Shown here: positions 37,067 to 49,200 of the stretch, piece after piece
Layout: each line of letters begins with the position of its first letter
How positions within the stretch are numbered: position 1 is the first letter of the stretch
Assembly (NCBI GenBank): GCA_051294375.1
Contig: CM119270.1
Span: forward strand, 5,974,027-6,038,026
Length of the DNA: 64,000 nucleotides
Source: Paraspadella gotoi
Lineage: Eukaryota > Animalia > Chaetognatha
Direction of reading: 5' to 3'
Made by a program: the position numbers and the translations under genes
The notes under the pieces: generated by a model
What the model was told of the DNA's origin: nothing
The model's database searches: none
The model's input: the letters and a program-made list of their open reading frames with translations, nothing else

Positions 37067-39141
37067 TCCGCCAGATGGATCCTTTCTACGGAACCACGAC
37101 GGAATCTAACGACGTGCTTGGTCCATCGACGACGACGACTTCGGAGATGACGCCGATCGAATCTCTCGACCAATCAGGGTTCGAGGAAGATGTCGCCTTG
37201 GATACGTGCGTCCCGCGCTCCGTCGTCGACGACGAAGTAGACGACAACGACGACGACGACGACAAAAGAACGACGCTCGAATATCCGGAGAAATGCTTCG
37301 AGGTCGTTGCCAAGGTAACGATCGTTTGCCAATCGAAAAACTCATTACAATATCGGTTTCAACAGTAATGGTCGAGCTTCATTAAAAAAACATTTTTTGC
37401 GACACATTATCTTATCAAACTTCAACTGTCAGTTTAGTGACTACAATCTTTTGCTGTCTAAGATCAATCAAATTCAATCAAAGCAATCAAATCAATCTCC
37501 AGTCCGTCAAATGGGTAACTGCCCGCCACGCCTGCCGAGTCGCCGGCGGTCGCCTCCTTAGAATTCTCGACGAAGATCTGCAGACTTTTTTGTCGTCGTC
37601 GTTGTCGTCGCTGCTGCGACTCTTTCAGGTGATTGGTTGTTGTAGTTGTTTTATGCTGTTGTTGGCTTTTGTTGTTGTAATTGTTTTTATTCTCAGGTTG
37701 TTTATTTCTTGCTGTTGTTGTTGTTACTGTTATTAATGTTAATTGTCTTCATCATTTTGAACGGATTATTATAATGATTTAACAAATTTTTAGAAAGTTT
37801 TAATCCGCCATATGTAATGGCACGTGAAATAAACTATTGTTTTCTTTGGATCCCGCTAGAGGGACAGTTTCTGGTTCGGCGCCACCGACGCTCGCGAAGA
37901 AGGAAGTTGGACGTGGGACGACGGGGCGGCCATGAATTTCACAGCTTGGGCCACGGATCAGCCCAATGACCACTGGTCCGCCGGGCCAAAGGGTATTAAG
38001 TTTGGGGCAAAAAGGTTGCGGGGAGAGCGGTTTTGGTGAAATGGATGGAAAAATGTATTAGGATTTGTGGCGGAATCATCGGTCACTTCCCTTGACTGAT
38101 TGAAATACAATGTCGCTGAAAACAGTCGTAAAAGCTCAAATCGAGGGCTTACAGATTCGTCCCATATTGGTATGCTAACTGTTAGACAATGACAATCCTA
38201 TTCCAGGACAAGACTGCGGCGTTCTTTTCAAGGACAAACTTTATACGGACAACAGATGGCGATGGAACGACATGGCGTGCGATGGCAAACACCATTTCAT
38301 TTGCCAGTACAGATTCGAGGTGATTGATTATATCAATGATACTTATCCAAGCTATAAATAATAAACGATAAAGAATACATAAAAAATTACTCAAAACTGC
38401 AAAGAAAGTTAATTACAATGTAATAACTTGTATGTAATTTACATAAGTCGAACGTTGCTTTCAACATTGAAAGCAAAATTCGTGAGAAAATCATATTTCT
38501 TTTCTCCCCATTAGATCCCTTGTCTCGCTCCTCCTCCGCCGGTCAAAGCCACTCTGCTGGGTAAAGTTGCCAAAACTTACCCCACGAAATCGAAGCTACA
38601 GTATTCCTGTCACATCGGTCACGTCATAGAATCCGGTGGGTTAATTTATTTACATTTATGTAAAAAAATATAAAATATTTAAAATATATAAAAATGTTAA
38701 AATATGTAAAATATGTATGTATTGTATCGTTTCCTTTCTTTTCGTTGTTAAATGAGATTAGGTTTACAAAGTTGTAAAGTTTATTATTAGTATTTGTTAC
38801 AACGACGTTTATGTAAAATACTCTGATTTCATTTGTTGAGTTTGATTCCTCTGCGATGATATATTCATTATATATCATTATCATTATTTATCATCATATA
38901 TTTATATATATAAAAATTATACACCTCATAAATCTTAATAAAAATAATAACTTTGGAAAAAATCGCTGACAAATCAATCAATCTCTAGGCGGACGTCATA
39001 CCGCCTGCCGTGCCAATGGCACCTGGACCCGCGCGCCGCTGCATTGCCGCCGCGTCGATTGCGGCGCCATCACTCTGCGCGACGGTAGCGTAGCGTACGT
39101 CAACGATACGTCGTACCGATCGTTGGCGTATCTCACATGTG
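37067..39141 (+). CDS. Thr/Asp-rich linker, C-type lectin domain and 1.5 Sushi/CCP domains; runs into a gap
   Basis: Exons ~37067-37313, 37503-37628, 37860-37992, 38206-38319, 38515-38635, 38989-39141. CTLD: KCFEVVAKSVKWVTARHACR..FWFGATD..EGSWTWDDG..FTAWATDQPND..QDCG..WRWNDMACDGKHHFICQ. CCP1: PCLAPPPP..YSCHIGH..CRANGTWTRAPLHC. CCP2 first half: VDCG..DGSVAYVNDTSYRSLAYLTC. Confidence 0.85.
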
Positions 39142-39166
39142 NNNNNNNNNNNNNNNNNNNNNNNNN
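39142..39166. other. 25-N assembly gap
   Basis: 25 consecutive Ns. Confidence 0.99.
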
Positions 39167-41606
39167 GGTGGGCGCTGAGAGTAATTCGAAGAGACGAGAA
39201 ATGGACGGGCGTGAAAATATTGAAGAGAGAATAAAAGTAAATCAAGCATCTGTGGCTATTTTACAATTGGCATTTTTTGTTACAGGGATTTACTTTTTGA
39301 TTTATTTTTTAAAAATAACAATGCTAAATTATTACTAATATTGGTACAAAGGAAGCAAAAGTGTTTCTTACTCAGCTTTGAAATTTCTAAATAATTCGTC
39401 TCGAAGATTTTATTTTCTTCTCTTTATTGTTAAAATTAAAAATGGAATAAAGGAGAGGTTTAGTTAACAATCTAAATATAACCTAACCCCTCATCTCAGC
39501 CTCACCCACCTACGGCGCGGATTGCCCGCCCTCGGTCCCGGCGCGCCCGGACCTTACCTCGGCGAACGCGGCATCCTCACCTCCTACGAAATCTGCGGCC
39601 GCCGTCGCGGCCGACGGGCGTCGACGTGGCTTCGACGAGAGGCAGGGTGCCCTTTTGCTTCGTGGGGGCAGTGTGGTGTCGGAGGCGGCGCGGCGGCGGC
39701 GGCGGCGCGCGGCGGCGGCGGCGGCGGCGGCCGGCGGCGGCGGCGGCGGGCGGCGGCGGATACTTTTTATCGGTTTTGACGACGTGAGAAGGTACATACA
39801 TACAAGCATCGATTGGTTTGTATAATTTTGGCCGATTTGAATGAATTTTTCGACGCTTTATGTCTTCATCTGTTGATTAACCTTAATCAAAATTACAAAA
39901 TGACATTTTCTTATCTCTTTTTTTTTTTATCTATATTTAAATCTATCTATTAATTTTTTTTTCATTTTCCTTTTTAAATTTAAAATGCAGTTGGGAGATT
40001 GAAGATCGATTGGATGTCGACGAACGGTTTCGGGGTGTGCTCGTCTGGGCTCTTGATCTGGACGACTTCAACGGCAGCTTCTGCGGCCGCGGACCCTTTC
40101 CGCTGATGCAGGCGATGCGGCTTTAGGTGAGGGACGTGATGTAGATGCGAAAGTGTTGAGAAGGATTGTTGTTGTTGTTGTTTCGCGTCTCGAGCTGGAA
40201 GGTGAGCCCGAGGAGGTCACTGGTCACGGCGATCTCGGAGGAACTCTTTCATTTTATTGTTAAACAAAAAGGGGGGATATCAAGTCTAGTTTCCTTCGTC
40301 AATGAGGCATCTCCATTTTAATTACTCTTTCAGTCCGCCAGATGGATCCTTTCTACGGAACCACGACGGAATCTAACGACGTGCTTGGTCCATCGACGAC
40401 GACGACTTCGGAGATGACGCCGATCGAATCTCTCGACCAATCAGGGTTCGAGGAAGATGTCGCCTTGGATACGTGCGTCCGCGCTCCGTCGTCGACGACG
40501 AAGTAGACGAAACGACGACGACGACGACAAAAGAACGACGCTCGAATATCCGGAGAAATGCTTCGAGGTCGTTGCCAAGGTAACGATCGTTTGCCATCGA
40601 AAAACTCATTTACAATATCGCGTTTCAACAGTATAATGGTCGGGCTTCATTAAAAAAACTTTTTTTTGCGACACATATCTTATCAAACTTCAACTGTCGT
40701 AGTTTAGTGACTACAATCTTTTGCTGTCTAAGACTCAATCAAAATCAACATCAAAGCAATCAAATCAATCTCCAGTCCGTCAAATGGGTAACTGCCCGCC
40801 ACGCCTGCCGAGTCGCCGGCGGTCGCCTCCTTAGAATTCTCGACGAAGATCTGCAGACTTTTTTGTCGTCGTCGTTGTCGTCGCTGCCTCGACTCTTTCA
40901 GGTGATTGGTTGTTGTAGTTGTTTTATGCTGTTGTTGGTTTTTGTTGTTGTAATTGTTTTTTTCTCAGGGTTGTTTATTTCTTGCTGTTGTTGTTGTTAC
41001 TGTTATATTATGTTAATTGTCTTCATCATTTTTTTAACGGACTTTTATTAATGATTTAACAAATTTTTAGAAGTTTTAATCCGCCATATGTAATGGCACG
41101 TGAAATAAACTATTGTTTTCTTTGGATCCCGCTAGAGGGACAGTTTCTGGTTCGGCGCCACCGACGCTCGCGAAGAAGGAAGTTGGACGTGTGGACGACG
41201 GGGCGGCCATGAATTTCACAGCTTGGGCCACGGATCAGCCCAATGACCACTGGTCCGCCGGGCCAAAGGGTATTAAGTTTGGGGCAAAAAGGTTGCGGGG
41301 AGAGCGGTTTTGGTGAAATGGATGGAAAAATGTATTAGGATTTGTGGCGGAATTCATCGGTCACTTCCCTTGACTGATTGAAAATACAATGTCGCTGAGA
41401 AACAGTCGTAAAAGCTCAAATCGAGGGCTTACAGATTCGTCCCATATTGGTATGCTAACTGTTAGACAATGACAATCCTATTCCAGGACAAGACTGCGGC
41501 GTTCTTTTCAAGGACAAACTTTATACGGACAACAGATGGCGATGGAACGACATGGCGTGCGATGGCAAACACCATTCATTTGCCAGTACAGATTCGAGGT
41601 GATTGA
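39167..41606 (+). repeat. Direct duplicate of ~35899-38326 (chitinase 3' exons plus lectin exons)
   Basis: Near-identical, differing mainly by indels. It begins exactly where the minus-strand chitinase copy breaks off (ggaaactcg|ggtggg). Confidence 0.92.
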
Positions 41607-41620
41607 ATTCTCTCTCTTTT
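41607..41620 (+). other. Probable PacBio SMRTbell adapter remnant at the inversion junction
   Basis: attctctctctttt belongs to neither flanking copy and matches the adapter start atctctctctttt with one extra T. Confidence 0.7.
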
Positions 41621-41828
41621 CGAGTTTCCAAGATCTTCCGTAGGCGGCTAAACCGATGAGAAGTTTTTCCTTTGGGATTCCGAGCTCGTGCCAATAATTC
41701 ATCGCCTTAAAATAGATTGGGATTTGGTTTTAAAAAAATATACATTATCTAACTATTAAAAAGCCATTAACTTTTTTTTTAAATTTCAGTTTGGTTATCT
41801 CTCTCTCTTCTTCTTCTTCTCTCTTCTC

Positions 41829-41875
<47 letters not shown>

Positions 41876-43806
41876 AAGCCACATTGAGAGAGTCCTCTTC
41901 CTCCGTAGCTGAGAAGAGAGGAGAGTTGAATCCCGTTTTCGTCTCCCAGGATCCGTGAAGGTCATAGGTCATGATCCCGACAAAGTCCAGATCTTCACCC
42001 ATGACCTATGGGGCGATTGAAGGAATGGTAATTTTTTTTTGGTAGTAAAAACAATTGTGTATTTCAATGATAACGCCCTATATTCTAATCAAATTTTTGT
42101 TAACCATTTATTTAACTTTTTTCATTTTCCATCTTTTAATTTTCCGTATTTTACGGTAAGTAATACTAATTTTTTCACATGTACCTACTTCCCACTGATA
42201 CGTTGCTTTTATTTCGAAATATATTTCGATTGGATTTTCTTCAAAAGTTACTTGAATTAAGTTAATTATCGGATATTAAATATTATAACATTACAATTAC
42301 TTTAGCGTCGTAACCGGCGTCAATCTTGGGTTTTGCGGCGGCGACGGCGGCCGAGAGAAGCAATCGATTATTCTTCGATTCTTCATTTATCGACTTTCTA
42401 AATGAACAATTAAATATATAAATTAGTTAACAAGCCAAATACGATTGTTAACTAGCGAAAAAACCGGATGGGAAAATTCTTCCCAATAAAAACATCAACC
42501 CTTTCAAATTAAAATTTAAATTTAAATTTTTTTAAATTAACCGAATAAAAATATATATGAAATTGGTACAACCAATATAAAAATTATCCATTCATTTAAA
42601 ATAAATAAGCTATCTTGCCCCTGATTATATATTGAGACTAAAAAACAAACTCAATACTTGCGAACATTGCCACCATTTGCCACCGACCTGAAGGCCCTGA
42701 TGAGATCGGCGTGCTGCTTCTTCTGCCATCCACCCGGATATTCCCAGTCCAGATCGATTCCGTCCAAATTTCGGTCTCGAACGAAACGGATCGCGTTTTT
42801 GGCGAAGGTTCGTCTGAGAATTGAAAATGAAATTTACTCTATTCAAAAAATAAACGAACACATAAAAAGAAAAAAAGAAAATTTTGTCAGGAAATGTTTG
42901 AAAATGTTTTTCACATATAACTAAAAAAACGAGACCTTTGATAAATCTTCGACCGACCTTTCCGTTATATAGCATTTCAACTTTGACTTGTCCTTATTCT
43001 ACATACCTTAACTCCTATTCCGCATCCACGAAGACGTTAATACCTACCACCTCACAATATAGACCAAATCGAATCCTCGCTGCCCTCACTATTTCATCGT
43101 TTGGCCTTACCCGATCCTCACCCTTTCCTCACCTCGACGCTCCATCCCTGGCCGCCTCCGTGAAACCTTTGTTTGCCTCCGCGTTGGCGCCGCCGACGGA
43201 AATGAGGATTTTCAAATCCGGATTCACGGATTTTAGTTTCTTGATTCGACGCAAGAGGTCCTCGTCGTTTTTGGCGCGGGCCGTGGGTTTGAGGGACAAG
43301 TCTAACCAATCAAAGAATCAATCAGAAATCAGTCAATGAGTCAGTGATAGAATGAAGGAGTCAATGAGACAATGAATAAACGTTTTCGTCTATAAATGTA
43401 TGAGTTGATGAATAAAAGTTTGAGTCAGTGAATTAATAATTCAATTTATTAATTAAACCATTATTAAATTTAAATCAATCATTTAATAATTGAAGAATAA
43501 TCAAAAAATCAATCAATCAATCAATCATTCAATCTTCTCACCCTCGATGTAGTAAAAAGCATAAAGAATGTGCGTGCAGAGAAAGGGATCTACGTCCTCG
43601 GGCCAAAGCCGGGCTTCCGCCCCTCGGTCCTGTGACCAGTTGTTAAAGTAGCAGACGCGCCTCTTCTCGGCCGAGCCGGACGGCGTTCCGGAGGAGAAGC
43701 GGGCAATCCCGGCGAGGATCCCGGCGAAGACGAGTAAAGTCCGGACGGCCGAGAATGGAGAGAGAGTCGAAAGAGCGGGAAAAGACGGAAGGAGGAAAGT
43801 TGCCAT
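41621..43806 (-). CDS. Inverted second copy of the chitinase 5' exons (inverted homology continues, increasingly noisy, to ~44900 vs ~32400)
   Basis: ORF-track fragments KRRVCYFNNWSQDRG.., [29 protein letters not shown] and [25 protein letters not shown] on the minus strand. Confidence 0.85.
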
Positions 43807-44429
43807 TTTTTTTCTCTTGAGGTTGCCGGAAAGATTCAGGTGGTTGCCGGAAAGATTCAGGTGGATGCCGAGAAGCAGCGGAGATTTGAATCAATGATGT
43901 TCGTTTCAAACGAAGTTGGTTAAATCTGGTCCTTGCAGGGAGTTGTTATAATTTTATTCTTTTGAAAGCTTTTTTGTCAAATGGCGGAATCTTTGCTTGC
44001 CGAGTTCGGTGTTTTTTTTATATTTTAAGTATATGAATGAAAATTATTTCCTTTTGTTTTCATTTCGAATGCCATTTTTAATTGTCACTGTTTTGTAATT
44101 ACTCTTTAGGGAAAACATCATTATGGATTTGCAGTTAGCCTAAGTTTATTCGCTTTAATTCGCTATTATTATTATTATTATTATTCGCTTCTTCTTGAAG
44201 TTGCGGGTGTTTGATGGAAAAGTACATAAAATAATATTGTCGTTTCAAAAATTTCATTCATATTTTTTTATTTTTGTAGAATTTTACTAGGTTCTTAATT
44301 TTGATTCTATCTTCGGTCAACTTTTACTTAATTTTCTTTTCTGTTTTGCTTCGCTACTAGATACTGACAATTTGCCAAAATTTTCTGACCCTTTTCCCTC
44401 TCGCTGTCTCCAATATCAAAAGGCGTTAA

Positions 44430-44482
<53 letters not shown>

Positions 44483-44534
44483 GCGCAAAGACCTACGAAA
44501 AAAAGGTGAGGCAAGCAGGAGTAAAGTTCGCTGA

Positions 44535-44597
<63 letters not shown>

Positions 44598-45615
44598 AAA
44601 ATAAACTGTACACCGATTGGCCAAACTATTGACGGATGCATGTATCAGAATCGGAGCAGTGAATGTCCTGCTACAACTACTTTATTCACAATTATTCAGG
44701 TATTGCCCTTTAATTTGTTAAAATCGCTACTTGGCTTAAAATCATCTCTAAATTACAAACCATTGGTTTTATCGCTCAAGTGAAAAAAATTTTCTGAAAG
44801 AAGACGACGACAATGACGACTACGAGTATCCAAAGAACCAGGGACAACCAGCTATAATTGCCTTGGTTAAGTTCGAGCCCGAATTCAAAGAGAAATAAAG
44901 ATTTAGATGATCATCAAACTATAAATAAGCTCCTTTTACCAGCACAAATAGTTCATTATTTGCTGATGGCGCAGTGACTCGCTTAAACCTCCATCCCTCA
45001 TGCGTCCGGCTTACTTGTCACATACAATTGAAGTTCACGCGGGCGATCAACCTCATTCATCTTTAATGGTCCCCATCTGCCGTATTGCAGATCTGAGATC
45101 TGAGTTTTGACCACTTGATTAGAAATTGCGATGGGCGAATCTTTCCGCCGGTTTTTTTCGTCGTCGGGAACGAGGTCGGTGGTCAACCTGGTTAATTGGT
45201 TTTCATCTCGCAGAGATGTTGGCTTTTTCATTGGCCACATGATTTATTGGTGTCTCAGAGCGGGCGAACTTTCATCACACGTCATGATTGATACCCTCTG
45301 CACTTTTCCCCCCGTTTTTCTCTATAATAACTGATGCCTTACTTTTTTGTACATGGAACTCTAAGATGTTTGCGTATCTTTAAAAACACACATATTATTA
45401 GTCCACTCCTGGCTTATTTGCCTTGGCGTTTCCGATCAGAAATGTCTTTCTCAATGTTATTCTTCCCCTTTTGTACATAAAGCAATTGACGCTGCTATAT
45501 CAAAAAATCAATATAAATTTGGGAGCGAAGCTTAGAACAAAGTATTTCCTGATGCTATGAAAAATAAAAAGTTATTCTATTCTCATTTTGGGCGCCGGTT
45601 TTTAATAGTGGACGT

Positions 45616-45870
45616 TAAGGAAACAGCCGGGTTTCCTGTAACGCTCATTGGGATGGGGCATCTCACTGTTGGCTTTAGGGGCTTTCGAACCACAGTGAGG
45701 AATCCAGTCACTGGCGCGGTTACCCTAGGACGGTCGCGCTTTGTCAACGAAGAGGGAAGTCATTAGGATTGCGGATGGAACACTACGCCTTGGATGGTGT
45801 GTTCCCTCTCTGAGCCAATGGACTTGGCTGAACGATGGTGGACGTGAGGCGGTGTGAATATACCACCACA
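45616..45870 (-). mobile_element. Solo LTR with Pol III A/B-box-like motifs and a 4-bp TSD
   Basis: Flanked by acgt (45612-45615 and 45871-45874). Sense strand starts TGTGGTGG and contains tggctcagag (A-box-like) and gttccatcc (B-box-like). Diverged inverted copy at 47116-47355. Confidence 0.7.
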
Positions 45871-46259
45871 ACGTTTCATTTATAACCCTTTCTCATCCGC
45901 ATTTTCGAATGACCACTTGATTTAAAATCGAAGGCAACATCTGGCATTTCCCTGGTCAGCGCAATTCGACTGACCAGTGACCACTCGATTGGAATATGAA
46001 ATTAAATAATCGCGAGTCCGTCACTTTTTACGTCAGTACATTTCCAGACATTTTGAGGAGAAACAGGAAAAACGGAAAGTTTCACCAAATACATTTTCTC
46101 GTTTTCAACTCATTTTAGTATCGGTAAGAATGTATTGTCGTTAAGGAAGTCAAATTTAGGCTATCGCTCTTGTTGATCGCCCTTTCATTGCATTCATTGC
46201 GAACTCCCGAATCTGTCCAGAGTACCGAGTAAATATTTTAAAACCCCCAGTGAAGCGAA

Positions 46260-49200
46260 ATGAGTCTTGCCGGACTCGTCGTCTCCACGCTGCTGAATGC
46301 GGTCGATGTGATGACCGATCTCCGCACAGCCCTAGCACATTTCCAATACGAAAACGATGAATTCAAAAAAATAGGTGAGTGAAGAGACAGTAATTATTGA
46401 TAAGTGTTAATGACAGAACCGTTCAATATAAGCAGTCCCTGAGCTTCGGATCAGGCTGTAACACCATGTTACAGGCGGGTTAAGCGCCCCGTCCCTCTTA
46501 ATTGCCAGACGACCACCGGGCTAGAACCCCGGACCTTTGGGTTGGGAGGCGAATGACTTGCCTCCGGCACCAATGGCCACTGATGAACGGTTGGTGGATT
46601 TTAGTCCATCATACATCCCCCCTCCCGTAGGGAAAAGTCTGGTGCGTCTCTTCAGTGAATTGTTGTTGTTGGTGGAAAGTTCGTCACTATTCACTAAGTT
46701 GAGGCATGTCGCCTGATGTGTTGTGGGCAGAAAGTGCATCGCCAGGTTAAGGCATGTCGCCTGAAAGTGTTGTTGTTGCTGTTGTGTTCGGAAGTCGGGC
46801 TCACCAATGAAGAGACAGTAATCATTGATAAGTGTTAATGACAGAACGTTCAATATAAGCAGTCCCTGAGCTTCGGATTAGGCTGGTAACACCAATGTTT
46901 ACAGGCGGGTTAAGCGGCCCCGTCCCTCTTAACTTGCCAGACGACCACCGGCTAGAACCCCGACCTTTGGGTTGGGAGGCGAATGATTGCCTCCGGCATC
47001 AATGGCCACTGATGAACGGTTGGTGGATTTTAGTCCACCATATGAGAATCTTTTAAGATTTTTTTTTTTTTTGTAAAACGTAATATCAGTTTTGTGAAAA
47101 TCTTCAAAATTGATATGTGGTGGTATATTCACCCCGCCTCACGTCCACCATCTGTTGGCTTAGAGGGAGAACGCACCATCCAAGCGTTGCGTTCCATCCA
47201 CAGTCCTAACATCTTCCCTCTGGGTTGGCAAAGCGAAACCGTCCTCAGGTAACCGCGCCAGTGGCAGGAGGCATCGCTGAGGGTCGGAAGCCCCAAAGCC
47301 AACAGTGAGATGCCTCGTACCAACTGGCGTCACAGGCGACCCGGCTGTTGCCATAGTTGAATCAATTTTGCACCTATTCATCAAAAAAAACCTTAACTTG
47401 TTACCAAAGGTAGAGGCCTTGTGTCTACCCTCGTCATCCACGCAGTGGTCGCTTTTTATTTCGGACTCACCCACCTCATGAAGTTCAGAGCCATATATCC
47501 CCGCCTCTTGGGGACGCGCGCTCGATGGGCCTTTCTTTTGAGCTTCGTCGGCCTGGGCTCGATTCCCTTATCGATTGATTTATACTTGGATCAGGTAGGT
47601 AGGGCATTGACGGAATAATGTCAAAATGTTCAGGTGAGGTGACCACTTAAAATAAATACTGTGCGTAATACGTAGAGTGGACTTTATAGTTATATATAAT
47701 TATTAAAGCGTAGCAAAAATATTAAAATCAAGTAGAATCAAAATTCGAATAGTAGATCATGAAGAGGCTTATTTTTTTATTTTTCAATTTTCTTATACGC
47801 CCATATTTATAATTATATATAGAAAATGTTAAAATTTTAAAATGGTTTTTTTTCTATTTTTGAAAGCAGATTCGAATTCCTCACGAAAAGTTGATAAACG
47901 GAAATAGAACTCTTTTTAGAAAATTATTTCATTAAGTGGGTCCTGGACTTGCAATCAGGCTTGGAAGGGTCTCTGCTCCCCCAAGCGTCCTTGTGCTTCC
48001 CATAAGGGAGGTACCGGACTTGAATTGAACCCGATACTTAGTACCTTTTGACCATAGGGTACTTGCTTTAGTCAATGAGCTTCCAGGTCACAAATCGCCA
48101 CTGAGTGTGAGTTATCTTTAGATGGGGTGAAACTGGGCATAGGGCTTTGCCCGCTACAGATCAACATTAGCTTTTTATTCCTATCAAATTCATTAATTTT
48201 TTTTTAATCATTTTTAATCTTTGTCAATCAATACTCTTTGTTTTTAGACAAGGTCATTGGCTTCAAATTTGGGCGAAAAAGACGACATTATAAATAAACT
48301 GAACTTGATCCATGTTTTATTAGAGTCATTTCCTCAAATGGTAATTTCAAGGCCGGTTAAAAACTGTTTCGCATCATATATAAAAAAAAATTTTATATAA
48401 CTGGTTTTTTTGTTTTTTTGATTAGGTATTACAAACTATATCACAAGTGTTCCTTTGGACTTTACATTCTCGATACCTGTGCATCCATAACAATTTTTTT
48501 TATTCATATTACGATGATCAACGTCTCGGGAAATTACTGCATATTGATTCGAATATGTCTAATTCAGAGAATTCATTTACAAAACCATGTCACTGCGATT
48601 ATATTAGAAAATTATATCGTAGGAGCTATATTTGCAAATGGAGTATTATGGAAAACTGGTTCACCTTAATTTCGATAGCAATGTCAACAATCAGCCTTGC
48701 CAAAGTTGCCATTGATTTCAGAGACTTTACTCAACTTACAGTACAATCCAACAGAGGCACTCTATGTTTTAACCAATTATCATACTTTTGTGGAATATTT
48801 CAGGGTGCGTTTGGTTTACTTGTTTGTATTACTATTTTAACAAATAAGTCCTTACAAACAAACTATTTATTTTATGGTTTGTTTATTTTAATGCCTTTCA
48901 GAGTTTTTACCTTTGGAGAAATGTTTACTATTTTAAGATGGCTATGTATGAATACAAATTTATATTCATCAGACAAATTTTCCTATCATATTGCTCTTTT
49001 ACCAATACTTAATTTTCTTTTTTCTTCTTTTTTTTCCTATTGTGACAAGTTTATTTTACTTAAGGACAGAGGGTTTGTCAAGATCGTTAATAAACTTAAC
49101 TTATTAAAACTTTTCAATTATCCTGCACCGAAGTTTTTCTTTTATCGTTTTAATCATGGTGCTTACTATATTACCAAAAGAAGTATTGATAATCGGTTTA

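Noticed and set aside
45131-45560. Hydrophobic broken ORFs upstream of the XK gene
   Set aside because: Multiple stops, no recognisable motif, in a low-quality region.
46500-46580. tRNA-Gly-like sequence (also in the other TRIM LTRs)
   Set aside because: Part of LTRs with no convincing acceptor stem; not called as tRNA genes.
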